This document shows positions 45,925 to 55,032 of a stretch of DNA of 64,000 nt, one piece after another. Under the pieces are notes generated by a model, which had not been told where the DNA came from, did not search any database, and was given only the letters and a program-made list of their open reading frames with translations. The DNA comes from Actinomycetota bacterium (GTDB lineage: Bacteria > Actinomycetota > UBA4738 > HRBIN12). Made by a program: the position numbers and the translations under genes. Location of the stretch: contig JBDUBL010000002.1 of the NCBI GenBank assembly GCA_040004125.1, positions 5,338 to 69,337 of the forward strand, in the 5' to 3' direction. Every line of letters starts with the position of its first letter. Positions within the stretch are counted from its first letter, which is position 1.

Positions 45925-46635
45925 TTAGCGGGGACTGAACCGGCGGAGTGCCCAGAGACCAAGCAGCGCAACCCCGATGACGCCGATCGCGACCCGCGCA
46001 GAATCGCCGCCGGCCGCTGCTTTCGAGGGCTCCGAGGGAGCGCTCGTCGGCGCAGGGGAGGGCGGGCGGCTCGATCCCGCCTCCCGAAGCCGCAGCGTGG
46101 GGCGATCGCCGACACGGTCGCATCGATCCCCGTCGCGCACGAACACGCTCCAACGAAGCCGCCGGACCGCCTCGCCCCCGTTTCTCGACTCCCCGAGCAA
46201 AATCCGCCCGGGCACGCGGATCTCGAGCGTTCTTCCATCGATGACCGCGGGGTTGAACGGCGTCCGACTGTGCTCGGGAACCCACACCACGACGATGGGC
46301 CGATCGGGAGAGGATGCGATCCATCGCACCACCCGGTTCAGGCCACGCTCGTCGCCCATCGTCACCGCCGGGAGCTTCGGGTCCCGCACCAGGATGTCGA
46401 CCCGCATGGGCGGCGCGTTCGGATCGGGAACGTCGAGCGGCTCGGCGAATCGGAGACGCCACACGGCCGCCGTTCCCAGCTCCTGGGCCGTCGCCTCGAC
46501 CGCCACCACGTCCGCCATCCCGCCGGTCGCGCCGAGGTTCGACCCGCAGACGGTGACGTCGCCCCGCGGATCGCGGGCGGCCATCAACAACGGGACCGCA
46601 GCGAGCAGCGCTACCAGGGCACCGACACGCCTCAT
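45925..46635 (-). CDS. Secreted protein with Pro/Ser-rich linker and C-terminal TM anchor
   Basis: Signal peptide MRRVGALVALLAAVPLLMA. C-terminal VAIGVIGVALLGLWALRRF with no LPXTG or LAXTG motif. ATG 46635 sits in an ATGA overlap. Confidence 0.6.
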   Translation of the reverse strand: MRRVGALVALLAAVPLLMAARDPRGDVTVCGSNLGATGGMADVVAVEATAQELGTAAVWRLRFAEPLDVPDPNAPPMRVDILVRDPKLPAVTMGDERGLNRVVRWIASSPDRPIVVVWVPEHSRTPFNPAVIDGRTLEIRVPGRILLGESRNGGEAVRRLRWSVFVRDGDRCDRVGDRPTLRLREAGSSRPPSPAPTSAPSEPSKAAAGGDSARVAIGVIGVALLGLWALRRFSPR

Positions 46636-48107
46636 GACGTCGGGCACACGCGCTCGCGTAGCTTCGGAACGTCGAGGCGTGGCGGTTGGGTGAAGTCGAA
46701 CGCGCCGGCCAACGGCGATGCCTGCGCGTCGCGCTCGGTCATCGGGTCCAGCCCGTGCAGGTTCTCCATGAAACGCAACACGCTCGAGAACTCATACACC
46801 GTTGAGTCGATCGAGCCACCGTCGGGGTTCGACCCGGCCACGGTGTAGGGCGAGATGATCAGCGCCGGCGTGCGCGGACCGAGCCCCATCACGTCGTAAT
46901 GCGGGGGCGACACATGGTCGTAGAACCCGCCGAAGTCGTCCCAGACCATCACCACGGCGGTGCTCGGCCAGGCATCTGAGGCGAAGAGCGCGTTGAGGTA
47001 CTGCACCGTCCAGTTCTCGCCGATGCAGATGTTCACGTCGGCGCCCGGGTGCTCGTTCGGATTGCCCTCCGGCGGGATCAACCACGACACGGCCGGCAGT
47101 GTGTTCTTATGCAGGTCGGTCAGGATCGTCTCGGGGGTCTGGACCTTGTTCCACATCGGACCGAAGCGCACGTGCTTGATCGCCTGCATCGCGTTCATCC
47201 ACTGATCCTGGTTCGCGTAGTACTTCCAACTGACCTTGGCCTGCTGAAGCTCGTCGGGCAACACGGGGATGTTCACGCACGTGCGGGTGTCCACCCAGTA
47301 CGCGGCGATCCGGAACTCATTCGCCGGGTCGGCGAGGAAATGGTCTTCGAGGTCCATGATCGTCTTCGTGTCTTTGGTCGTGAGGTCTTCGATCGGGAAC
47401 CGGCGTGTGTGCTCGCTCGGATCGTCGCAGTAGTTCCCCGGAGTGTCGGTGGTGGTCTTGTTGTCGACGATCCCGTAGGACTGCGCGGCGATCGTGTACA
47501 GGTGCTCGGGGAAGGTTGGCCCGTACATCGATGTGAAGAAATGGTCGGCCAGCACGAATCGGTCGGCCAGCGCCCAATACGCGGGCAGCGACTTCCGGTC
47601 GAACTGCGTGTACCCCGTCAGATCGTCGCCGTAGGTCACGCAATTGAACCCGTCCATCTTCCCGCCATCGATCGATGTCAAGCCGGGCACGAACGCGTGC
47701 CCCAGATCGTGTGGGTACAGGTAGGGGGCCGGCGTCAGCGGCACCGTGGGCCCGGGCGCGAAACCCTGATCGCATTTCAGGGTTGGACCCTCGGTCGCGC
47801 CGTCGGCTCCGGGATACTTCCCGAAGTAGTTGTCGAAGGAGTGGTTCTCCTTCACGAGGAAGATCACGTGCTTGATCGGATTGCCCGGCTGGATGGTGCT
47901 CGGCGGCGGGTTGCTACCGGTCGGCTCTCCCGAGCCGCCGGGCCCGGCCTGGCCGGTTCCCCCGATCCCGCCGGCCGGCCAGAATTGCCACAGCGCGATC
48001 AGCACCAGCACGACCGCGGCAACGACCCCTGCACGCCGGCGAGCGATCTGGCTGCGCGTCGGGCGGTCAAGGGAGGATCGGCGGATGATCGGGGGCCTGT
48101 TCTGCAT
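46632..48107 (-). CDS. Phosphoesterase-family protein (phospholipase C / AcpA acid-phosphatase family) with N-terminal membrane anchor
   Basis: IFLVKENHSFDNYFG signature and VWDDFGGFYDH. N-terminal TM segment VVAAVVLVLIALW. Confidence 0.75.
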   Translation of the reverse strand: MQNRPPIIRRSSLDRPTRSQIARRRAGVVAAVVLVLIALWQFWPAGGIGGTGQAGPGGSGEPTGSNPPPSTIQPGNPIKHVIFLVKENHSFDNYFGKYPGADGATEGPTLKCDQGFAPGPTVPLTPAPYLYPHDLGHAFVPGLTSIDGGKMDGFNCVTYGDDLTGYTQFDRKSLPAYWALADRFVLADHFFTSMYGPTFPEHLYTIAAQSYGIVDNKTTTDTPGNYCDDPSEHTRRFPIEDLTTKDTKTIMDLEDHFLADPANEFRIAAYWVDTRTCVNIPVLPDELQQAKVSWKYYANQDQWMNAMQAIKHVRFGPMWNKVQTPETILTDLHKNTLPAVSWLIPPEGNPNEHPGADVNICIGENWTVQYLNALFASDAWPSTAVVMVWDDFGGFYDHVSPPHYDVMGLGPRTPALIISPYTVAGSNPDGGSIDSTVYEFSSVLRFMENLHGLDPMTERDAQASPLAGAFDFTQPPRLDVPKLRERVCPTS

Positions 48108-48118
48108 TGCGCGCGAGT

Positions 48119-49504
48119 CTACTGCCGGGCTCCGGCGGCCAGGACCTCGAATACCGCGCGGGCACGCCTCAACAATCGTCCTGCCGACGGGTCCAGCGCA
48201 AGGTTGTCGCGTTGGTATGTGTCGACAGTGCGGTACAGCTCTTCGAACCCCCCTTCGTTGCGCACGTAGAGGTAGCCGCGGGTTCGCACGCCCCGCCAGG
48301 CCGGGACGTTCAGGTCACCACCCCAATCCAGGAAGACGCCGGGGCGAGGTGCGAGCGGTGCCCCGTGCAAGGCCGGCACCAGGCTCACACCGTCTTGTGG
48401 AAGGCCGGGCTGCACGCCCGCAAGCCCTGCGATCGTGCTCGCGAGGTCGAGGTTCGCCACGAGTTCCGGCACCCTGGCGGCCGTGGCCCATGGCGTGCGT
48501 ATCGCAAAGGGAAGCCCGATCGAATCGGTGTACGGAAAGCGCTTCCCGTCGAGGCGATGCAGACCCAGCACGTAGCCGTTGTCGGTCAGAAAGACGACGA
48601 CGGTGTTGTCCAGCTCGCCACGCGCCGCGATCGCATCGACCAGCGATCGGAAGGCGTCATCGACCGACAGCAGCATCGCCCGCTCGTTCCGATCGTCTTG
48701 CAGGTAGGCCTGCCGGTCTGCCTGCGTCTTGGCGGGCAGGCCCGTTATGTACGCCGGCTTGCCGGCCACGTCGTTCAGCACGGCCAGCGGAGCGATCGGC
48801 GGCGTGACGTCTGCGAAAGCGCCGGCGTAGCGCGGCGCCGGGATCCAGGGCAGATGCGGCGCGTTCGGGCTGAAGTACAGGAACCACGGCTGGCCCGTCG
48901 GCGCCTGCTGGACGAACCGCACAGCCTGCGCCGCAAGCACGTCGGTCGCGTAGTTCTGGGGGATCGCGCCGTAGTGCCGAGACACACCCTGGTCGACCAC
49001 GTCGTAGTCGTAGTACGAGGTGGACTCGTTGAGGTTCTGCTTGGCGAACCAACGATCCCAACCCGGCGGGATGAACGGCGCTCGCCCCCACGGATACGCG
49101 TTGAGATACTTGCCTACGAGCCCCGTGCGGTAGCCGGCGTCGTGCAGCCACACCGGCAGGGTGTTCGTGTCGTCAAGGTTTGGTCCCTGCGTGTTGTCGC
49201 GCACTTGGGTGTGGGTGTCGTACCGGCCGGTGAGGATCGTCGAACGCGACGGACAACACAGCGGCGTGGACGCCACCGCGTTCGGGAACCAGAGCCAGTG
49301 CCCCGACGGATCCTCCAGCTGCGCCTGGAACCAGGGCATCGCCGGCGGATCCGACGGCAACGTGTCGAGGGTCTGGTCGTCGGTGAGGACGAGCAAGATG
49401 TTCGGACGCGGGTCGGGGGCCGCCGGGGGCGCGAGCGGCGGTGCGAGCCAGGCGGCGGCGAGCAGCGCGAGTCCGGCAAGTCCGGCGGCCAGCCCCTGCC
49501 TCAG
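48119..49504 (-). CDS. Cys-type sulfatase with signal peptide (proposed CTG start)
   Basis: NILLVLTDDQ metal site and formylglycine motif PLCCPSRSTILTGR. The track ORF starts at TTG 49396, inside the first conserved strand. The in-frame upstream sequence encodes RQGLAAGLAGLALLAAAWLAPPLA and contains no ATG, GTG or TTG. CTG 49504 lies 5 nt after AAGGAG. Confidence 0.75.
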   Translation of the reverse strand: MRQGLAAGLAGLALLAAAWLAPPLAPPAAPDPRPNILLVLTDDQTLDTLPSDPPAMPWFQAQLEDPSGHWLWFPNAVASTPLCCPSRSTILTGRYDTHTQVRDNTQGPNLDDTNTLPVWLHDAGYRTGLVGKYLNAYPWGRAPFIPPGWDRWFAKQNLNESTSYYDYDVVDQGVSRHYGAIPQNYATDVLAAQAVRFVQQAPTGQPWFLYFSPNAPHLPWIPAPRYAGAFADVTPPIAPLAVLNDVAGKPAYITGLPAKTQADRQAYLQDDRNERAMLLSVDDAFRSLVDAIAARGELDNTVVVFLTDNGYVLGLHRLDGKRFPYTDSIGLPFAIRTPWATAARVPELVANLDLASTIAGLAGVQPGLPQDGVSLVPALHGAPLAPRPGVFLDWGGDLNVPAWRGVRTRGYLYVRNEGGFEELYRTVDTYQRDNLALDPSAGRLLRRARAVFEVLAAGARQ

Positions 49505-50268
49505 GACGACTCCTTCCGCACCTTCCAGATGTGCTCACCGGGGAAGTCGCGCGCCCACGCCGCGTCGGCGTACCCCGCATACGTCGACGCACTCTCGGGC
49601 CCCGGGCGCAACTCGATGAGGTCCTCGATGCGCAGGCCACACGACCGGAAGAGCCGGATCCACTCCCCGTAGGTGCGTTGGAAGTCGACCGAGCCATCCT
49701 CCTCGTCCCAGACCATCCGGCCCATCCCGAAGTACGGACGCAGCAGCTCCCGACCCGGCGGACCGTCGACCAACGGCCACGTCATCCAGATGATCGGCGT
49801 CGAGATGTTGAACACGAGCGCGCCGCCGGGGCGAAGGACACGGGCGACCTCCGGCACGGTGGTGCCAGGATCGGTGAACGTCGTGGCTCCGTGGTCGCAG
49901 AACACCAGGTCGAAGCGCTCGTCGGCGAACGGAAGCTCTTCAGCGCTTCCTCGTACCAGTGGCATGCGGACGCCGGTTTCGAGCAGGTGGGGTCGGGCCG
50001 CAGCGAGCTGGTTGGCGCTGACGTCGAGCCCGACGACGCGGGCGCCCCGCATGGCGACCCGGATCCCGAACTGCGCGGCGCCACACCCGAGCTCCAGGGC
50101 GTCCAGCCCCTCGACATCGCCCAACGCACCGACCTCGTCTTCCGGCAGATCCCAGATGCCCCAGGCGAGCCTGTCCCAGCGGTTCAGCTGAGCGGCGTTG
50201 CGCTCCTGGTAGGCGGCGCTGTCGGCCTCCCAGCTCGCGAGGTTGGCACGCACGTCGTCGCGGCTCAT
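49501..50268 (-). CDS. Class I SAM-dependent methyltransferase
   Basis: Motif I LELGCGAAQ, RPGGALVF. ATGA overlap with the upstream gene. Confidence 0.75.
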   Translation of the reverse strand: MSRDDVRANLASWEADSAAYQERNAAQLNRWDRLAWGIWDLPEDEVGALGDVEGLDALELGCGAAQFGIRVAMRGARVVGLDVSANQLAAARPHLLETGVRMPLVRGSAEELPFADERFDLVFCDHGATTFTDPGTTVPEVARVLRPGGALVFNISTPIIWMTWPLVDGPPGRELLRPYFGMGRMVWDEEDGSVDFQRTYGEWIRLFRSCGLRIEDLIELRPGPESASTYAGYADAAWARDFPGEHIWKVRKESS

Positions 50269-51491
50269 CGATCCATCCAGCCACCGACGCGGTCGTTCGC
50301 GTCGGCCACGATCCCCGCGGCGATCGACAGCGCGATGCCGTCGGCATCGCGGCGACCCAGGTCGAGCCCGACCGGGATGCGCACACGGGCGACGTCCTCC
50401 GGCGCCAGGCCCATCCCGCGCAGGGCGTCAAGGTGGCCTGCCGCGTGGCGCCGCGAGCTCATCATCCCGACGAACCGCGCCGGCGAACGCGCGGCATCCG
50501 CGAGCATCTGACTCGCGTAGGGCGCATCGTGATCGGTCAGGACGATCGCGTCTCGATCGGTCAGGGCGAGATCGGCGAGCGACGCCACGACGGGCTCGTC
50601 GCCACGCGCGACCCGTTCGTCGCGCGGCTCCACGATGACCGTGTCGTACCCGAGCATGCCGAGGTGGCGACACAGGGCGCGGGCGACATCGGTCGCCGAC
50701 ACGGCGACGACGCGTTGGGGCGCGCGGTGCGGTTCCAGGAAGATCTCGATATCGCCGTCGTCGTGGTGTAGGACCCGCGTGCCCGGCTCCCCTACCTGCA
50801 AGATCTCGGCCGCCGCGACGACGGCCTGCTGATCGAACTCGGCGCACCCGAGCGTGCCGTGTGTCGGGCCGCCCGGGTCGATAGTCATGCGCATGCCGAT
50901 GCGGCACGGCGGCGAACCGGCGATCACCTTGACGGCGCGGACCACCACGCGGTCTCCGACCGCCGAGGCAGGAGACGACGTCGAAACGGTATGGCCGGTG
51001 GGATGTTCGCCAGTAGCGCCGCCCATCAAGCCCACCGCATGAGGGAGAACCGGTAAGATCGCCTCCAACGACTCGCGCACGCCCTTCGGGCTGCCCGGGA
51101 GGTTCACCACGACGGCGTCGCCGATCGTGCCGGCCACCGCTCGTGATAGCGATGCCATCGGCGTGTGGGCGAGGCCCACGGTGCGCATCAGTTCGGCCAA
51201 GCCCGGCGCCTCACGCTGCAGCACGGCTTTCGTCGCCTCGGGAGTCACGTCGCGTGGCCCGAACCCGGTTCCTCCGGTCGTCACGACCAGGGCGTGGGCC
51301 GCCGCGAGTCGCGATAGGGCTGCCTCGATGTCAGGCCCCTCGTCGGCCACGACCTCTCGAGTCGTGACATCGAAGCCGGCGTCGACCAGCAGCTCGTGTG
51401 CGAGGTCGCCCGATCCGTCGGTCCGAGTGCCGTGCGTCACACCATCGGAAACGGTGAGCACGGCGGCGGTCGAGCGGGTCACGATCGTCAT
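50265..51491 (-). CDS. MogA/MoaB-like molybdopterin-binding domain fused to an XdhC/CoxI-family Moco chaperone
   Basis: N-terminal TVSDG...VVTTGGTGFGPRDVTPEA...NLPGSP (MoaB/Mog). The C-terminal half has GTLGCAEFD (XdhC_CoxI-like) and a Rossmann-type XdhC C-domain (VVAVSATDVARAL). Confidence 0.7.
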   Translation of the reverse strand: MTIVTRSTAAVLTVSDGVTHGTRTDGSGDLAHELLVDAGFDVTTREVVADEGPDIEAALSRLAAAHALVVTTGGTGFGPRDVTPEATKAVLQREAPGLAELMRTVGLAHTPMASLSRAVAGTIGDAVVVNLPGSPKGVRESLEAILPVLPHAVGLMGGATGEHPTGHTVSTSSPASAVGDRVVVRAVKVIAGSPPCRIGMRMTIDPGGPTHGTLGCAEFDQQAVVAAAEILQVGEPGTRVLHHDDGDIEIFLEPHRAPQRVVAVSATDVARALCRHLGMLGYDTVIVEPRDERVARGDEPVVASLADLALTDRDAIVLTDHDAPYASQMLADAARSPARFVGMMSSRRHAAGHLDALRGMGLAPEDVARVRIPVGLDLGRRDADGIALSIAAGIVADANDRVGGWMDR

Positions 51492-51522
51492 CCTGCCATC
51501 CGGGGACGCCGTGCGCGACCGG

Positions 51523-51957
51523 TCAGGCCGCCGAGGTGAGGATGTCGAGGATGCTCGCGGCCACCTCGGGTGCGCTTTTCAGGCTCTTGGCGCGACGGAA
51601 CACGGCCCGTCCACGAACGTCGGCGCCACGCTCCTCGAGCCAGTCGGTCAGCGTCGCGAGCGTCCCCCGGGGCCCCACTTCGCAGGTGCAGAAGACGACG
51701 GTCGGGATGCCCTCCAGATCGGGCAGCGCCTCGACGCCTTCCCGCGTACCGGTCGCCGGCCCCACGCCGACGACGATCAGACCCTTGACCCACGTACCGA
51801 CCACCAGCGCATCCGCGGCGGCGAGCGTACCGGCGTCGACGCCGCGCAAGGGCGCGGCCGTAGCCTCGACGCCTCCTGCGCGCAGGCCATCCCGCAGGGC
51901 ACGGGCCACCGTCAAGGTGAAGCCGCGGCGGGATTCGTACAAGACCAGGACGCGCAT
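51523..51957 (-). CDS. Flavodoxin-like protein
   Basis: MRVLVLYESRRGFT N-terminus typical of flavodoxin-fold proteins. Confidence 0.6.
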   Translation of the reverse strand: MRVLVLYESRRGFTLTVARALRDGLRAGGVEATAAPLRGVDAGTLAAADALVVGTWVKGLIVVGVGPATGTREGVEALPDLEGIPTVVFCTCEVGPRGTLATLTDWLEERGADVRGRAVFRRAKSLKSAPEVAASILDILTSAA

Positions 51958-52055
51958 CGCACGATATGGATAGCAGGTCCTTCAGAACCTGACCCGTCTG
52001 GGGAACCCCGCGGACGGGCGGCTCCGCTCGACCCGAGGTACGCTGGGCACCTGCC

Positions 52056-53066
52056 ATGACGAGTCTTCCTATGCCCACGACCGGACCCCTGCTGGACACG
52101 TTCGGACGCGTGGCCGACGATCTGCGCATCTCGGTGACCGACCGGTGCAATTTCCGGTGCACCTACTGCATGCCCGCCGAGGGTCTGAAGTGGTTGCCGA
52201 AAGACGAGCTCTTGACGTTCGAGGAGATGACCCGTCTGTTGGCGGTGTTCGTGCGTCTGGGCGTCAAATCGCTCAAGGTGACCGGCGGGGAACCGACGAT
52301 CCGCGCCGACCTCCCGACCCTCGTTCGGATGTTCCGTCACGTCGGCCCCGACCTCGACATCTCGATCACCACCAACGGCATGCTGCTGGACTCGATGGCG
52401 GCCCCGCTGGCCGACGCCGGCATCGACCGGGCCACGGTGTCGTGTGACTCGCTCCTGCGCCACCGGTTCGAGGAGATGACCCGGCGTGACGCACTGGACA
52501 AGGTGCTCGCGGGTCTGCGGGCCGCCGAAGCCGCTGGCCTCACGCCGATCAAGATCAACACCGTGGTGATCGGCGGCACGAACGACGACGAGGTCCTGGA
52601 CTTCGCACGCTGGGCGCGCGAGACCGGCTACGAGGTGCGGTTCATCGAGTACATGCCGCTGGATGCGCAACATGCGTGGGAACGCGCGAAGGTCGTGCCG
52701 GGTGCCCGGATCCTCGAGGCGATCGACGCGAGCTATCCACTCCGTGCCGATGGTCCCGACGCCGAGCCGGCCACGACTTACGGCTTCGCCGACGGCGCAC
52801 CGGGCAAGATCGGCGTGATCGCGAGCGTCACCGAGCCGTTCTGCGACACGTGCAACCGCCTGCGGATGACGGCCGAGGGCGAGTTCCGCAACTGCCTGTT
52901 CGCGCTGGAGGAGACCGATCTGCGCGGACCGATGCGCGCAGGCGCCACCGACGACGACCTCGAGCACCTGATCCGCCAGGGCACCTGGGCGAAATGGTCG
53001 GGCCACCGCGTCAACCACGCGGACTTCGTGCAGCCCGCCCGTTCGATGAGCGCGATCGGCGGCTGA
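52056..53066 (+). CDS. moaA: GTP 3',8-cyclase (molybdenum cofactor biosynthesis protein A)
   Basis: LRISVTDRCNFRCTYCMP radical-SAM cluster, C-terminal CDTCNRLR second cluster, and terminal GG. Confidence 0.9.
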   Translation: MTSLPMPTTGPLLDTFGRVADDLRISVTDRCNFRCTYCMPAEGLKWLPKDELLTFEEMTRLLAVFVRLGVKSLKVTGGEPTIRADLPTLVRMFRHVGPDLDISITTNGMLLDSMAAPLADAGIDRATVSCDSLLRHRFEEMTRRDALDKVLAGLRAAEAAGLTPIKINTVVIGGTNDDEVLDFARWARETGYEVRFIEYMPLDAQHAWERAKVVPGARILEAIDASYPLRADGPDAEPATTYGFADGAPGKIGVIASVTEPFCDTCNRLRMTAEGEFRNCLFALEETDLRGPMRAGATDDDLEHLIRQGTWAKWSGHRVNHADFVQPARSMSAIGG

Positions 53067-53079
53067 CCCCCAGCGCGCG

Positions 53080-55032
53080 TTAGCGGTTCTGGATCGGCAG
53101 CGTCGGCACGTCACCGGCTGGCTGGAACCCGAGGATCTGCGCGTAGAAGGACAGCTCGGCGTTGCGAGCGCGCACGATCGTCTCGGCCTTGCGGAACCCA
53201 TGGCCTTCGCCCTCGTACAGCTCATAGGCATGTGGGATGCCCTTTCGCTTCAACGACTCGACGATCACCTCGGCCTGCGACGGCGGCACCACGTGGTCAT
53301 CCGCACCTTGCAGGACGAGCATGGGCGTCGAGAGCAACTCGACGAAGTTGATCGGGCTGCGAGCACGATAGGTGTCCTCGGCCTCCGGCCACGGCCCGAT
53401 CAACGTGAACTCATAGCGGCATTCGAACTTGTGCGTGTCGCCCGTGGCAAAGGGCACCAGGTCGGAGATGCCGAAGAACGAGGTCCCGGCGGCGAACACG
53501 TCGGTGAACGTGAGAGCGCACATCGTCGTATAGCCGCCGGCACTCCCGCCGCGGATCAGCAGACGATCGCCGTCGGCGTCGCCTCGATCCACGAGGTGCC
53601 GCGCGGCGCTGATGCAGTCGTGCAGGTCGACGACCCCCCAGTTGCCGTTGAGCCGCTGACGGTATTCGCGACCGTACCCCGTTGAGCCGCCGTAGTTCAC
53701 GTCGACCACACCGAACCCGCGCGACGTGAAGTACTGGATCCCCAGATCGAACATCGGCGTGCAGTGGCTCGTCGGCCCACCGTGGCTCATCACGATCAAG
53801 GGAGCGCGTTCGCCCTCCGGCGCCGCCGTGTCGGGGTTGGTCGGGGGGTAGAAGAGGGCGTGCGCGGTCACACCGCCGTCGGTCGGAAACTCTATCGCCT
53901 CTGGGACCGACAGGTACCCCGGCTCGATCGGCACGCTCGTACTCGTGCGCAAGACCTCGATGGAGCGCGCGGCAAAGTCCAGCCAAATCACTTGACTCGC
54001 CTCGGTTGCCGACCCCGCGGTGAGCACGATCGTCGATCCCTCGGCACGGATCCCGGGTCCCCATCGCAGGGCGTCCAGTGGCAGATCGAGATCGACCAGC
54101 TCCCGCGTCTCGGGATCGAGGATCGCCGTGTGGGTGCGGCCCTCGAGGTCGTAGTGGCATGCGATCCGCCCATCGCCCAAGAACGCGATCGAGCGTTCCC
54201 CCATGGCCCATTGCGGGTAGCCGAACTCCGCCTCGGTGTGGTGCAGGACCGTGCGTGCTCCATCGCTGATGCGCTCCAGGTTCCACCAGCCGCTACGATC
54301 CGAAGCGAACACGAGATCGCCCGCCGAGCTCCATTCGGGATCCCAGATCGACTCCTCGCCGGGGCGTCCGGCCAGCGAGACCGCCTCACCGAGCTCCGCC
54401 TCGAGCGAGAGCGGCGCCACCAGCAGCTCGGTACCGTCCCAGGGCATCCACGGAAGGTCCCAGCTCAGCCACGCGAGTTGCGAGCCGTCGGGCGAGATCC
54501 GCGGCGACGAGTAGAAGTCGCGGCCCCTCGCGAGCGTGCGAGGCTCCGACGATCCATCGGTCGGCACGGCGACGAGCTCGTTCACCACGTCGAGCATGGC
54601 CGGACCGAGGTCGTGGCGTTCGCGCACGCCGATCCACCAGCGGCCGTCCGGCGTGATCACGCCATCGGCGAAGCGCTGCGCCGCGTTCGTGTCGGGAGTG
54701 ATCCCAACCGGTGCGGCACCCGGGTCCTGTCGGTACAGCCGCGCATCCGGCATGTTCGAGAAGAACACCGTGCCATGGCGCACCGTATAGGAGCCTCCGC
54801 CGTACTCGTGCACCATCGTGCGGGCATCGAACCCTTCCGGCGTCACGTCGACCGGCTCGGAGTGCGGATCGCCTTTGACCACGACGTATCGGCCGCCCTC
54901 GGTCGGGCGCATCTCCAGCCAATAGGCGATGCCGTCGTCCAGCCACGCCTCGCCGAGACCGATCGCGGTCGTGGCGAGCATGTCCGCGGTGATCGGCGAC
55001 GGCCACGCACCGTAGGGCGCGGTGGTCTTCAT
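53080..55032 (-). CDS. S9-family serine peptidase (acylaminoacyl-peptidase / dipeptidyl-aminopeptidase-like, beta-propeller + alpha/beta domain)
   Basis: Nucleophile elbow GGSAGGY, QGADDHVV, and His motif EGEGHGF. ATG 55032 sits in an ATGA overlap with the upstream gene. Confidence 0.8.
   Translation of the reverse strand: MKTTAPYGAWPSPITADMLATTAIGLGEAWLDDGIAYWLEMRPTEGGRYVVVKGDPHSEPVDVTPEGFDARTMVHEYGGGSYTVRHGTVFFSNMPDARLYRQDPGAAPVGITPDTNAAQRFADGVITPDGRWWIGVRERHDLGPAMLDVVNELVAVPTDGSSEPRTLARGRDFYSSPRISPDGSQLAWLSWDLPWMPWDGTELLVAPLSLEAELGEAVSLAGRPGEESIWDPEWSSAGDLVFASDRSGWWNLERISDGARTVLHHTEAEFGYPQWAMGERSIAFLGDGRIACHYDLEGRTHTAILDPETRELVDLDLPLDALRWGPGIRAEGSTIVLTAGSATEASQVIWLDFAARSIEVLRTSTSVPIEPGYLSVPEAIEFPTDGGVTAHALFYPPTNPDTAAPEGERAPLIVMSHGGPTSHCTPMFDLGIQYFTSRGFGVVDVNYGGSTGYGREYRQRLNGNWGVVDLHDCISAARHLVDRGDADGDRLLIRGGSAGGYTTMCALTFTDVFAAGTSFFGISDLVPFATGDTHKFECRYEFTLIGPWPEAEDTYRARSPINFVELLSTPMLVLQGADDHVVPPSQAEVIVESLKRKGIPHAYELYEGEGHGFRKAETIVRARNAELSFYAQILGFQPAGDVPTLPIQNR

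Noticed and set aside
51958-52055. Moco riboswitch in front of moaA.
   Set aside because: Only 98 nt separate moaA from the divergent flavodoxin-like gene, which is shorter than the roughly 130-nt motif. The conserved GCCUCCGAGCC ... GGAAAGG elements are not recognisable. GGCGGCTCCGCTCGACCCGAGG is only a vague resemblance.
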